Part shown: positions 47,789-60,229 of the stretch, piece by piece
Position numbering within the stretch: the first letter of the stretch is position 1
How the letters are laid out: the number at the start of each line of letters is the position of its first letter
Origin: Phyllosticta citribraziliensis
Taxonomy: Eukaryota
Assembly: GCF_038025025.1 (NCBI RefSeq)
Contig: NW_027117340.1
Location: forward strand, 1,984,001 to 2,048,000
DNA: 64,000 nt
Reading direction: 5' to 3'
Program-made: the position numbers and the translations under genes
The notes under the pieces: generated by a model
Told to the model about the DNA's origin: nothing
The model's input: the letters and a program-made list of their open reading frames with translations, nothing else
Databases searched by the model: none

Positions 47789-48524
47789 GCATGCGACGGA
47801 CCGGCCGACCGACTGGCTGGATCCAGCCTGGCTAGGAGTGACAGAGAAGAGGGGGGGGAGGGGGACCGTTAGAAGACTGGAAAGAAGGCGGCGGAAGCAG
47901 CGATGTCCCCGCTACAGTCGCCGACGCGACAGGGGATGGATGAAGCCAGCAGCAGAGGACGGCAGGGGAGCTTCAGTGACTGGGGTTTCGTCTACGGAAT
48001 CATGGCTGGGAAGAATCGAAATTGGCGCGCGCGCTGGAGGTGAGTTGTCTTGCTGCTGCTGGTGCTTCTTGTCGTCGGGGGAAGTTTGGAACATGTCATG
48101 AGTGCGGCTGCTGCTGCTGCTTGACAGACCTGACAGGAGAATGATCGGCGTCGCTGCGATTGGCTGGTCGGTCGGTCAGGTCGGCTGGCTTGGAAATGCG
48201 CCGTTTCGCTCTGCTGACCTGGTCTGGTCTGGTCTTTGTTCAACGAGAGAGCGAGCGAGCGGCTTTGGCGGTTGGCACCATCAACCAGGGATAGGGGAAC
48301 CAGGGCGCATAGCGAAGGCTCAAGGGCGGCTAACGACCTGCGCCGAGTGAAGGAAAGGGGGTTTTTGCGATGATTCAACAATTCTGTGGTACCACTGTGG
48401 TACGGAGCATGAGATGGGAAGCGGACCGCAGCGAGCGAGCGAGCGAGACGGGGTCGGTGTCGGTGGGCGGCTGTGTACCTGGTTTATCAGATAATGGGTG
48501 CCTTAGCCGCGTAGGAGGCGAGGC

Positions 48525-48526
<2 letters not shown>

Positions 48527-48556
<30 letters not shown>
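48527..48556. repeat. (CAG)n microsatellite, intergenic
   Basis: About 10 AGC units. Confidence 0.9.
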
Positions 48557-48557
<1 letters not shown>

Positions 48558-49521
48558 ATGGCAAGCAATCAATTATTGATACGATGCAATGTGATGTGTT
48601 TTGTGCGTCGAATGGCTGGCTGGCTGGCTGAGTGAGTGGCTATTGCTGACGGGCGGCGGCGGGCTTTGGTTCGCAGCTCGGTGAGATGATGTGCATGTGG
48701 TGCCTGCGTGGGTGGTGCATGCGCAGAGAGGCGGCTTCAGTCTTCACATGGAGAGAGATGATGGCATGTATTATTGATATGTTATTGGTGTTTGTAATGA
48801 TGGCCCAATGATGTAGGCGTGAGGCGGAGTTAGCGGACGTCATTTTCAATTCAATTCTTCTCTTCAGGCAGGGATTCTTCTTTTTTTGCCCTACCCTGAT
48901 GGATGGTTTTGTCGGCGGCCGTGATTGGGCGGCGGGGCCTGTTCTGCACGGCACGACCATCACGCCAGACGCCAGACTCTACACTACGGGAGACCGGGCA
49001 GGCGGCATCTGGGGTACATGTAATAATGTGTAAAGGAACCGACATCTTTCGACCCGCCGCAATCGGCTGTCCGTCTCCAGCCTCAATTGGCCCGCTTGTT
49101 TCGTGTGCGCCTGTTTCGGCTTCGAGTCGGCACTATCCACTGCTCATTGTTCGACATTTTGCCCCACATCTATCCATCCTACACCACCACCACCGCGCTC
49201 TCTCTCTCTCTCCATACTAATCCTCGACCCATCTCACTCCCTCCACCGCCTATAAGACGACTCCCGCCCGCCGCCCTCCCTCGCCCTCCCCTCCTTCCCT
49301 ACCCGACCTTGTATATACCCCTCCTCAACACCCCACATCCTAATTAGGTAATCCACCGCGCGACTGCTCTTTCGCACTACCCGCTAGTCTACCACATCAT
49401 CACCCGCCGCTCCTCCTGCGTTGGCCTGCCCAGAGACGTCTCGACCTCTGTCGGTCACCACTCTTCACCTCGATACCTTTGCGCTCCGCTCCCCCGTCGC
49501 GCCCACACTCCCGCCGACACT

Positions 49522-51146
49522 ATGCTGCCGCAAATTCCACAATTGAGCGACTATGACGTGTCGCCCGTCAATGGCTTCCTTCCCACCGAAGCCCCCCTCG
49601 ACTTCCTGCCCGATCCCTACTACCAACCTTGGGAGACAACCGTCGCATCGCTGCAGGCATTGATCCTCACCCAGAGAATAAGGCGCGTCGTCGATGCCCT
49701 CCCCGTCCTCTCCACAAGATACCTGGCCGACGAACGAGAATGGCGCAGAGCATATTCCATACTCGCCTTTATTGCCCACTCATACATCTGGGGCGGCAAC
49801 TCACCAGCAGACGTAAGTGATCCAACATCCCGGACCCCACTCGGTCACTTGCTGATATCACTCCACAGAGAGTGCCTCCCTCGATTTCGGTTCCTTTCCT
49901 CTCATGCTGCCGTCACCTCGAACTGCCTCCCGTGGCCACGTACGCTGGTCTCGTGCTGTGGAACTGGCGCCCACTCGACCCCGCTGTTCCCGTGGACAAT
50001 CTCGAAAACATCTTCACCCTCAACACCATGACCGGATCGCTGGACGAATCCTGGTTCTACCTCGTCTCTGTGGCCATTGAGGCGTGCGCCGCACCCACCA
50101 TACCCCTCATGATCAAAGCCTTCGAAGCCGTCCGCCTCGACGACGGCGCGACCGTGACCGAGTGCCTTCGCTCCTTCGCCGAGCACCTGGACAAGTTTGG
50201 CGCGCTCCTGCAGCGCATGTACGAGCAGTGTGATCCGCACGTCTTTTACCACCGCATTAGGCCGTATCTAGCCGGCTCCAAGAACATGGCCGACGCTGGC
50301 CTACCCAACGGCGTCATCTTCGACGACGGCTCCGACGCGCCGCAGCGTTACGTGCAGTACTCGGGCGGCAGCAATGCGCAGAGCAGCGTCATTCAGTTCT
50401 TCGATCTAGCCCTGGGCGTCGAGCACCGCCCAACCGGAGAAAAGGCAGCCCCTGGCGCTGCGCCTAGTCCATCGTCGTCGTCGCAGGACGCCGCCGCACC
50501 CCCGGCCCAGCAGCACAACTTCATCACCGACATGCGCACCTACATGCCCGGCCCTCACCGCCGCTTTCTCGAGGCCGTTTCGTCCGTCGCCAATGTCCGG
50601 CCGTACGTGCGCGCCCGCCCGAACGATCGCGCCCTCACTACCGCCTACGACGCATGTCTGGCAATGCTCCGCGCCTTCCGCGACAAGCACATTCAGCTGG
50701 TGTCGCGCTACATCATCGTCAAGTCGCGCGAGACACGCAACCGCAGCAGCAGCCGCTCGCGCCAGACGAACCTCGCTTCGGGCTCGGCGGCGCCGTTCAA
50801 GCCCACGGCCATTGGCAGCGTGGGCGCGGAGCGCATCCACGGCGCCAGTGGAAACGACAACAAGAACATCCGAGGCACGGGCGGCACCGCGCTCATTCCG
50901 TTCCTGAAGCAGGCGCGGGACGAGACGGGCGAGCCCGCCATCGACGCCTGGGCGCGGCGGCTGCTCAACAACGGCCCGTCGGACGCGACGAGCGTAGCGT
51001 CTGGGTTCGGTGCCAGCGGCAGCAGTGGTCGCGTTGGCGCTCGCCTGACAAAGGTCGGCGAGCATGCTAGCGGCGAGATGGAGATTGTCGGCTTGGCGGG
51101 CGTGTGGACGGCTGATGACAGCGAGGGTGGCATTTGTCACTGGTAG
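49522..51146 (+). CDS. BNA2: Indoleamine 2,3-dioxygenase, 2 exons
   Basis: NGFLP, RRAYSILAFIAHSYIWG, LPPVATYAGLVLWNW, DESWFYLVSVAIE, FYHRIRPYLAG, GGSNAQSS, MRTYMPGPHRRFL, GTGGT; intron about 49813-49869. Confidence 0.95.
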
Positions 51147-51929
51147 GAGTGATTGAGACTTGAGTTGGGGAGGGAATTTCTTTTTCGGCGTACAGTATCC
51201 ACCTGCTTGCTAGTGGAGAGCCCAGCATTGGTATGCACCATCGAGCAAGCATGTGCCCCGAGGAAAAGAAGACCAAGGGGACATTAGCGATGCGGGACAA
51301 GAGAACCACGACGAGGCCGAGCAGACGGACAAGAAGAACGATATACCAACAGACGATACGAACGACGGACGGACGGACGGACGGACGACATGCCCATGCC
51401 ATGGCATGTGTTCCTTCTTGCTTGCTGACTTGCTTGCTTGCCCCTGCGCAATACCACATCATAGACAAGAGGATGAAGATGGAAAGAAAAGTAAATGAAT
51501 GGATGAATCTCAAATCAATTACTCTCTCTCTCTGCTGTCCTGTGAGTGAACAAGTGACGAGACTTACTGAGCATCTTAGCACTGAATAGTGACAGAAGAG
51601 GACCTTTGGAAAATGCTTTCATTCATCTCATGGGCAGCAGGTGATTTGCTACATGTCTTAATGCGTGCATACAGACGGATCAGGTACGTAGCCTAACTAA
51701 GTAGGTAGGCATCTCTCATGGACGCTGCTCCAGTTCAAGCACCCACTCACTATCCGACCGGCGTCCATCCATCCGCGAGGCCGTGGGCGGCCATGGCGGC
51801 CGTCAGAAATAAAAAAGGGGGGGATATCAGACAAAAGTATTAAGAAACCCGTCGGTCGCCTCAACACGGCACGACACAACTCCAGACATGGCCACAGCCA
51901 GCCCCGTCACTCGTCACCTCGGCTGAACT

Positions 51930-54433
51930 CTACTCTGCCTCGCCCTCGGCCGCCGCATTCTCCAGGACCTCCCTCTCGCGCGCCTCCTCCAGCTCGCCCA
52001 GGATGTCCGGCAGCATGGCCTCGACGTCCTCGCCCGGCCGCAGGCCCAGCGCCCCCGAGATGAGCCGCTTGAACTCGTCTGCGCGCTCGCCGCCCATGCC
52101 GGCGAGGCTCATGTTGCAGACGACCTCGGCGACGAGGCCGCGGCGCAGCGTCTGCGCCGACCGCAGCGCCAGCGCCAGGCGCAGCTTTTCGCGGAGGTGC
52201 GCGGGAGACGAGGCTGTGGTGGGCGAGACGGGCGGCTGTTGTTGTTGTTGGTGATGATGTGCTGATGATGCTGGTTCCGTCTTTGGTTGCTGCTGCTGCT
52301 GCTGCTGCTGTGAGGGCGTCTGCGCGGCTTCTTCTGCTCGCAGCTTGTCTTGGAGGAGGATGCGCTGCTCCATTTCCACCAAGGCTTCCGCGTCACGCGT
52401 CAGATTTTCCAGCAAATCTTCCTGTGAGCGCGCTTCTACTTCCATGTCTGTCGTGACGAAGCTGCCATTGGTACCGCCAGTGCCGTCTCCGGTTGCTGCA
52501 ATTGCCGCAGCGACGGCGCCGTCAATGTCCTGGACGCCCATGTCGCGTAGCTGCCGGCGCAATGCGTCGACTTCTGCTTGACGCTTGCGCACCACGCGAT
52601 CCGCGTCTGCAGCTTCCGCTTCCTTCTCCACCAGGTCTGCGTCGTAGGCTCGCGCAAGGTTCTCCAGCTTTTCGTTGATAGTCGGAAGGACTTTGGACAT
52701 GAGCGTCTGAGCCGTTTGGCTGGAGTACTGGCTGTGGTAGGTTTGCTTCAAGAATTGTGCTGTTGCATTGGAAAGACCTCCAGGAGGACCGGAGCCGTTA
52801 CGGTACCCAAACGAAGGTGTGCCCATGGTCCCATTCAGACCACCACGGCCATCGGGGGCAAAGGGCGAGGACGAAGCAACACGGTGGCGTGCATCCCGCC
52901 GCCTCGCATTTAAGTCACGAATCAATTCGTCGGCCGACTCGTTATGCTTGTTCTGTATGTCGACTGCAACGTTGCGACCTAGGAGCGCGCGGACTACCTT
53001 TCGGGCACCGTTGCGAGCCGCAATCATGATTGCCGTGTCGCCATTCGAGTCTTGTGCGTTGAGAAGGCGCGTCACCTCCTCGGGTATCCACGTTTCGGAC
53101 AGTTTGTTGACGATACAATCGAGATAGTAGCGGGCGCAGGCGTACTTGTTCTTACTGCTGGTGGTCGCTGCAATGTGGTGAAAGACATTACTGCCGTACC
53201 AATCAGATCTTACGACTGTGGGCTGTAAGATTCTGAATAGTTGAGGCATGGTCTGCTTGTCGAAATTGTTTGTGAACATGACGGCGCGCATGAGAGGCGT
53301 CTCAAGATTGTTGGAAAGCGAATCGATCCGGGCGCCACGCTCAATCAAATCTTTGACTACGGGCACGTCGCCCATGGCAGCGGCCCAGTGCAAGGCTGAA
53401 TGGCCCTTTTCGTCGATCGGTTTGTCAAGACTGACATTTGGCGGGGGCATTGGTGCCTCAGGAAAGCGGTCCTCTGATTCCAGAAGCATAAAGTAATCCA
53501 ATAGCGCATCCGCCCACATTTGATGTTGCTTGTCCTCGACGGAGTATTGGTCCGCATCGCGCTTCCTTTTGTGCCCTTGGTTGGAGTACTGCGAATTTTG
53601 CATCATGTCATGGTCGTCCATCATGGACTCTGAAACGATGGTGACATTGTCGGGAGTTTCTTGTTCCTCGTACGGCTGGCTGACGGTCTCGAAGTGATCT
53701 TCGCTGATTTGACTCACGTTGGTGTAGGCTGAGAGGGTCAGCATGTACGCTCGGGAGTCCCGTCTATCTCAAGACTTGTATACAGCGCCATGGCGAGGCC
53801 CAGCCCAACCGCGCTGAAGGCTTGGCGCACTGTAGCACCAGCAAAGGATTGGATAGCTCACCTGGGAGTCGTCGAGCGAGGCTTTGGCGCGCCGCCTTGG
53901 GCCGATTTGATGCAGCAGTTGCATGCTTTGGGGCAGGTGGTGGGCTTCTGTCGCCAGGGACGTAGTCGAAAATGGGTAGGAGTTTGTCGAGCACACCGTT
54001 GCGCTCAGCGAGGAGGCGTCCGTCAGGGAGAGGGATCCAGGTTCCTGCAAGACTACTGTTTTAATGTGCAGGTCATGATGAGGTGTGGGCCAAAATGCCG
54101 ACCTTGGTATTTGCCGTATCCGCCCTGGACCTTTTCATGCACGCCCTTTTGAACCTCGCGTTCGAGGATGCGAGTGCGGGCAGGCTTGTCAAAGTCGGCA
54201 ACCTTGAGGATGTGGGTCGCATTGATCCAGTCGTCGGCTCGGCGGCGCATGACATGATTGCTCTTGACGTTGAACTCGTAGACGGGGACCTGGCCAAGGC
54301 AGTGGTGTTAGCTGGGCGGGGCGGGGCGGGGGGGGGGGGGGGGGGGGGGGGGGTTGGTGCAGCGCCGGCAAGAGGAGCTCACATTAGAGTAGGTGGCCGA
54401 GTAGATGCGGGTGGGGTTCGGTTCGGGAGGCAT
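51930..54433 (-). CDS. MBP1: APSES/ankyrin G1/S transcription factor, Mbp1/Res2-like (MBF subunit), 4 exons
   Basis: [14 protein letters not shown]...[19 protein letters not shown]...[18 protein letters not shown]; ankyrin repeats [32 protein letters not shown]; coiled-coil C-terminus. Confidence 0.93.
54314..54353. repeat. G-rich/poly(G) tract in MBP1 intron 1
   Basis: GGGCGGGGCGGGGC followed by about 26 G. Confidence 0.9.
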
Positions 54434-54883
54434 AATGAAATGGGCAGCCCGTCGCGGTGTTGCGACGATGGAGACGTGAGCAGCGGAGCGGTGGACGACG
54501 CGGCGGCGTGTAGCTGCGCGTTCAGGTCCTCAGACCGCTTTCCGCTCTCGGTTTGGCGCTGGCGCGCGGACATATCGGACCTGCGGACTTGACTTGAGCA
54601 CCGACATTGCATTTCCTCTATCCAGAAATTCAGTGCCACCACGACAGCAAGGCACAGGGCAGAGATGACGCGGCCCTGTGAAAATGCCCGTATTCGGCGC
54701 CAGAATCGCGCGGCAGCAACCATGCCGCCCAATCAATCGCTATCCTCCTCAAGCCTAGCCTCGTACCCCCAGCGGTGAGAAGGGCATTCACGCCGCCGCC
54801 GTTCGGTGCCGTGTGGTGCTACATAATCGCTCTCGTTCCACCTGGAGGGAATTCCTCCCAAGACGTCAAGGCCACTTCTTGCG

Positions 54884-56608
54884 ATGCGCTTTCAACTTCT
54901 CTCCCTCCTGCCTGGCCTAGCGGCCAGCGCCGCCATCGACACGCCAACTCATCAGCCTGATGGCCTGCATAACGCCAACCACATCTTCAACGCCATCCAT
55001 TCGTCTCTTCGCCAATGGGGCTCCTCCCTTCAGCACAATGGCATGTCCTTTTTCCTGGCTTCGGTCCCTGAAGGAACCCAGTTCTACCATGGCCGACACA
55101 GCAACGAGACTGTAAAGGGAATCGAGTGGCTTGCCTTTGAGCCCGAACATGCCATGGTCTTTGCAGGTCCCCGGCCTCGACGACCACCACCCGGACCTGG
55201 ACCTCCTGGAGAAGCCCCTGGACATGGACACCCGGGTCCACCTCCTACGCATGCTAAGGGCGGATCTAGGAAACACCACGGACGCAAGCCGCCGCGTGAT
55301 CCGCATGATGGCTACCACGGTGAATGGAGCCCCACCGATGCTACAGACAGACAGTCCCCCATGGGAAAGCCAAATTCGGAAAAGGCAAAGTCTAAGCAGG
55401 AGGAAGATTCCGCTGGCTACCTCCACACTTACCGCACCAAACACCCTCTTTCGTTGCTCTACATTGACGGCATGTCGGCTGGAAAGACCAACAAGGGGAC
55501 ACTTGATTCGACTGACATTCTCCTTCTTGGCTGGAATATTAGCGACGACAAGCCTCATGGCAGATGGGGAGAGGATGCTCGTGCACAGCAACTCTGCGAC
55601 ATTGCAGCACACGAATGGGGTGACCGGATCGATGGCTTCCTGCGGATGGAAATGGGCTTCGAGATTATCCTCTGCGACTTCGAAAAGCACCTCGACACTG
55701 AGCGTGTGACCCAGGTCCAAGGCCGCGTCCCCGACGAGCGTGGTCCGAGAGGAGGATTCGGCGACATGACCTACTACCGTGCTGTGGCCGCCCGCTTTGA
55801 CGGTATTGGTGGCGAACGTGTCCAGCTCAACTACGACGACTTCGTCACTGCTCATGCCTATGGGCTTGATCTTTTCCACGGCGAGCAGCTTCCGCGGCTG
55901 GCCAACGTTTCCAATTCGACCCTGCAGACGATGCGTGCCGACGTGACCGCCATGGTGCTTTCGCATACCCCTCCGGCGGTGTACAAGAAGCTGCCAGCCT
56001 CAAAAAACTGGCAGAATATTGCCGACATGGTCGTTGAGCGGTACTCGTCAAGGTTTCCCGATCTTCTCTCATCGCGTGTCAACTCTTTGAAACAGCTCCA
56101 GGCTGAGGTCACAGCAATCCTTCGTCCGTACATAGACTATGGTCTTCGCAACAGCACAGCAGAAGTCGAGCGCTGTGCCACGCCTTACCTTTCGCGCGAG
56201 GTTCTGGAGGCACCCGAGGCTGCTCCTCTTGCAGCGCACGCGATCCGTGGGGTCACGACGGCCATCTGCAGCAGTCTCGTGAACGCTTCCCAAGCCAAGA
56301 CGCTAGAGGACGCTCAGTCATTGATTCGCAACCTCACCGAGTACCTTCAGTGGACGACGTGGAAGCGCTGCACCGGATGCGAGGCAAACGAGGTTTGCTT
56401 TATTCCAATTTGGCCTGCAGGACGGACGCAGGACTACGAGAACCCGCAATGTCAGAGCAGCCTTCCAAACAGCCGAGGAGATTCTTATTGGGGAGGTTTT
56501 GGTCCTCGTGGTGGCAAGGAGAAGGATGGGCACTACCCGCATCCGCCACCATACCCCTACCCCTATGGGTACGCCTCGGAGGGACGCCGTGGAAGCTATG
56601 AGTTGTAG
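54884..56608 (+). CDS. Secreted conserved fungal protein of unknown function
   Basis: 574-aa intronless ORF with a signal peptide and conserved-looking blocks NANHIFNAIHSSLRQWGSSLQHNGMSFF, EWLAFEPEHA, LLYIDGMSAGK, DGFLRMEMGFEIILCDF, WTTWKRC..C...EVCFIPIWP. Confidence 0.88.
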   Translation: MRFQLLSLLPGLAASAAIDTPTHQPDGLHNANHIFNAIHSSLRQWGSSLQHNGMSFFLASVPEGTQFYHGRHSNETVKGIEWLAFEPEHAMVFAGPRPRRPPPGPGPPGEAPGHGHPGPPPTHAKGGSRKHHGRKPPRDPHDGYHGEWSPTDATDRQSPMGKPNSEKAKSKQEEDSAGYLHTYRTKHPLSLLYIDGMSAGKTNKGTLDSTDILLLGWNISDDKPHGRWGEDARAQQLCDIAAHEWGDRIDGFLRMEMGFEIILCDFEKHLDTERVTQVQGRVPDERGPRGGFGDMTYYRAVAARFDGIGGERVQLNYDDFVTAHAYGLDLFHGEQLPRLANVSNSTLQTMRADVTAMVLSHTPPAVYKKLPASKNWQNIADMVVERYSSRFPDLLSSRVNSLKQLQAEVTAILRPYIDYGLRNSTAEVERCATPYLSREVLEAPEAAPLAAHAIRGVTTAICSSLVNASQAKTLEDAQSLIRNLTEYLQWTTWKRCTGCEANEVCFIPIWPAGRTQDYENPQCQSSLPNSRGDSYWGGFGPRGGKEKDGHYPHPPPYPYPYGYASEGRRGSYEL

Positions 56609-56854
56609 ATATTGGAGAGATACCCCGGTGGATTTTGAGCAATGGCGAATAATTAAAGTAAAGCGAGAAATCTGCCCATGTGCTGGAACCATGACGTCGG
56701 GAAGCGCGAAGGCATCCATTCCTTGACAGGAACGAAAGCAACCAGGCTCGGAGCAACCGTTGGTGAGTGGACGTAGGGGTACCGGGGTTGGCGAGGTCCT
56801 AGGTGGATCGGACCCGAACAAGACATGGCTGGTGAGAAAAAAGGTCTCGAATTG

Positions 56855-57319
56855 GAGCAAAACAGCCTCCTGCCTGCCTGTAGCTGGCACCACAGTGGAG
56901 AGCAGCGGCATGTGGCATCGCAGCATTGCAGCTGCAGGCGGGGGGACAAGTCGTCGCGCAGCCTCTCCCCACCGGAAGCAGTGCAACCGAAGCGCGACGC
57001 CGGCCGGGAGCGTGCTGAAGAAAACATGGATGGCGCCGTGCCTGTGCCTGTGCCTGTGCGAGAGCGATGAATGGATGCAAGCTGGGCTGGGCGAGAGCTG
57101 AGAGGGCTGGCGGAGTGGTCTATGTGGTGGTGAGTCGCGGCGGTTCGGTTCGCTGTTGCGTCGCCCTTTGCGCCTGCGCGTGTTTGAGCACATTTCCATG
57201 GCATATTGAGGAGCTTGGCCGACGACTCTGTGACTGGTTCCCACAATACCTCAACAACCGAAACACCATAAATACTTCTGCTTGCCCTTGACCATGCGCC
57301 CTTCCTCCTCCCTTTGCTC
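56855..57319. promoter_or_regulatory. Putative copper-response elements (Mac1/Cuf1-type) upstream of the Ctr gene
   Basis: TTTGCTC at 56855-56861 (minus) and 57313-57319 (plus); TGTGCTCA at 57185-57192 (minus). Confidence 0.5.
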
Positions 57320-57522
57320 TCCACTCGTCCTCGCCCGTCTCCTACTCTCCTCCTCCGTCGCCCGCCGTCCTTGACTTCCGTTGACCCTCTGTCCATCGCC
57401 CACTCGCTGCGCCGGTCCCAACTCGGTGCTATCCTCTCCAACCGACCCTCAGCTGAACCACGCCATCCAACCCCAAACCTCGTCTCGCCGACTGATCCGA
57501 CCCTTGAGTCGCCACTTCCATC

Positions 57523-58618
57523 ATGGACTCCATGTCGGGCATGTCAATGTCGGGCATGTCCACATCGGCAACGCCAACCTCGACCATGTCAGGCATGAAC
57601 ATGTCCGGAATGTCTGCCATGTCAATGACCGCCACCGCTTCAGCAGCCATGTCTTCGAGCACCTCCATGAGCAGCATGGACATGGACATGGGATCTGGAA
57701 GCTGCAAGATTTCAGTGCGTGCCTTTGCCAACCCTCTCAGCTCCAGACTGCTCAGATGCTAATCATCATTTCGAGTAGATGCTGTGGAACTGGAATACCA
57801 TTGACGCCTGTATGTGCTGTTTCGGATCTCCCTTCTCTAGCGCCTTTTTGTTTCGTCGTCCCTCGCGTCGTCTGATTCGCCTGCTCCGTGCATGGCCCTG
57901 CATCTCTCTTGCTCTGCATTTCCCCATTCGGCGTGTCTGGAGAAAAAGCAGTCAATGGCCATGCTTGCATCAACCCGACCCCAACCAAACACAGTCTGCT
58001 CCGTCTCATGTCCGCTCGACTAACCTGTTTCCAGGCTTCCTCTCCAGCTCATGGCACATAACTTCGAAGGGCATGTTTGCCGGTTCCTGCATCGGCGTCA
58101 TTCTGCTCGTCATGGCTCTCGAATTCCTACGCCGCACCGCCAAAGAATACGACCGCATGCTGCTGCGCCAGCACCAGCGCGCCATCTTCGCCAGCAACAA
58201 CTCAAGCCGCTCTACCATGCCAGCACAGTCCAACAACGCCGCCGCTGCAGGCGGCTGTTGCGACGGCCCCGACGGCGACGATGACGACTCGGGCGCCGCG
58301 ACGGCCGGCGGCAAGGCCGGACCCGCAGCTACAGCCAAATCACTGGCCACCGGCAGCTTCAGCAAGGGCTTTCGCGCAGCCGCCAGCTCGGGCAAGACGC
58401 GTTTTCGCCCCAATCTCGTCCAGCAGCTGATTCGCGCGCTGCTGCACATGGTCCAGTTCGCCGTGGCCTACTTCGTCATGCTGCTCGCCATGTACTTCAA
58501 TGGCTACATCATCATTTGCATCTTCATCGGCGCGTTCCTGGGCTCGTTTGTGTTTGGCTGGGAGAGCGTCGAAGTTGGTGCGGGTGCCGAGGAAGAGGTC
58601 ACCGTGTGTTGTGGATGA
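57523..58618 (+). CDS. High-affinity copper transporter, Ctr family (Ctr3-like), 3 exons
   Basis: Met-rich N-terminus, CKIS/MLWNWNTIDAC/FLSSSWHI, LEFLRR, MLLAM (MxxxM) YFNGY, GAFLG, C-terminal CCG. Confidence 0.93.
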
Positions 58619-59714
58619 GCACGTGAGAGACTGGCTGAGAGGTCGATGCTATGGGGACGCCCCACGACCAGACGATACGAGATTCCGGGTTAATAATACC
58701 TCTCTACTTCTTGCTGCTCATGGCACTTTCTGCATTTTGCGATGGGAGTTTCTGGCGCAGGTCTTGCATGGCGCGGCATAGGCGTCGGTGCAATGGAGAG
58801 AGAAAAGAGGCGCTGAAGATACCACCAAATGATGCCTGGCGTCATGCGAAGGGAGACAGGAGAATTTCCTGCATTAATGAATACACCTCTTTCATCATCC
58901 ACTCAGGATCAAGAGAGTAATGTCGACTGCAATGTGTAATTTAAGGGCTAGAGACTACCTCGTTTTTCTCTTAATGCTGCCGTTGCTTCTCTGTTGCCAA
59001 GCACTTGCATACGTACGGCACCACCTTCCACGAGACAACAACTGCCTGCGACATTGTCGAATGTAGGAACGGCCGCATTTGGCTGCTACCATTTTTACTG
59101 CTTGCTCGAATCACACCGGCGAGTTCTGCTTGTGGACGCGCTCTTCGCACCGGCCTCGTTTTTTGGTCGAGATACTTTGATGGATTTTGCCGGGCGGTAA
59201 GGATGATGAGGGAAGTGGAATGCAATCAGGCAACTATCCGATTCCGAGCGAAGAACTTAATTGCACTGGGCGATGACGTTGTCATGTTCATAGCACTCAA
59301 GCCTTGCTTGATCACCAAAGACTCAGGATTGCTTGATTTGATTCGATTCGTTTGCTCTCAGCATTCTCGTCCCTCCTCCGTCGTTGTTGAACAACAGGTA
59401 TCGTACTGTCTCCGCTCCCCTTCCCCTCTGTCTCTGTCCTCCCTTTCTCCTCCTCACAATCCATACAGGTCGTCGCTGCGCTTGGCGTCGTAGGTGTATC
59501 AAAAAACAGCAATTGAGCCGCCCGAAAAATAAAAGAGAGAGAAAAACGCCAGCCCGCCAGTGGGCTCCGTCAAAAAACGCCGTCATCGCCATCCTAAGGT
59601 CGTGTCGCGGGTAGTCAAAGATCTCCAACCCCTCGTCGCTGACCCCTCGATGCTCCCCCTATATCGTGTTCTTTTTCTTGTTCTTTCTCTTTTGTTTTCT
59701 CTACTCAGCGTCCC

Positions 59715-60229
59715 TCACCAAAACACATCCGTCCCCTGCCGAATCGCCCACTCCTGCCTCTCGGCCGCCGCCTCGCCCAACTTGCGCCGACTCTCGTGCT
59801 GCACGGCCGCCACAGCACCCACGCCTCCCGCTCCCATGCCACCAGTCGTCGTCGTCTTGCCGCCCTGGCCCTCGAACGACGCGACGCCCCTGCGGCCGAC
59901 GGCCCGGGCGCCGGCGCGGCTGGCGGCGCCCACGCCGCACAGGAGGATGCCGGCGGCGGCGCCCGCGGCGGCGATCTTGCGCGTGGGACTGGACGACGTG
60001 GCGGCCGTGCCGGTCGAGTTGAGCGAGGGGTGGACGAAGGGTGAGGCGTGCGCGCTGGTGGTGAAGTGCCGTGTCGCTGTCGCTGAGGAGGTGGTTGGGT
60101 GCATCAGGTGCGAGGTTGTCGTGTTGAGCTTGGGGAGGGTCGATGTGGTTGGTGGGCGTGTTACTGCGTGGGCGTTAGTTGGTGACAATGGTGTTGTGGG
60201 GACAGAGGGGGATAAAACGTACGAGGCAT
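59715..60229 (-). CDS. Small hypothetical protein with one hydrophobic segment; 7-nt first coding exon
   Basis: ATGCCTC|GTACGT...ACTAAC...CAG|TA splices in frame to give MPLTRPPTTS...RKIAAAGAAAGILLCGVG...GTDVFW. Confidence 0.6.

Noticed and set aside
47152..48600. ORFs with poly-RE, poly-F, poly-Q or poly-C runs
   Set aside because: Translations of microsatellites in a long intergenic region. The poly(T) has no adjacent retroelement sequence or evident target-site duplication.
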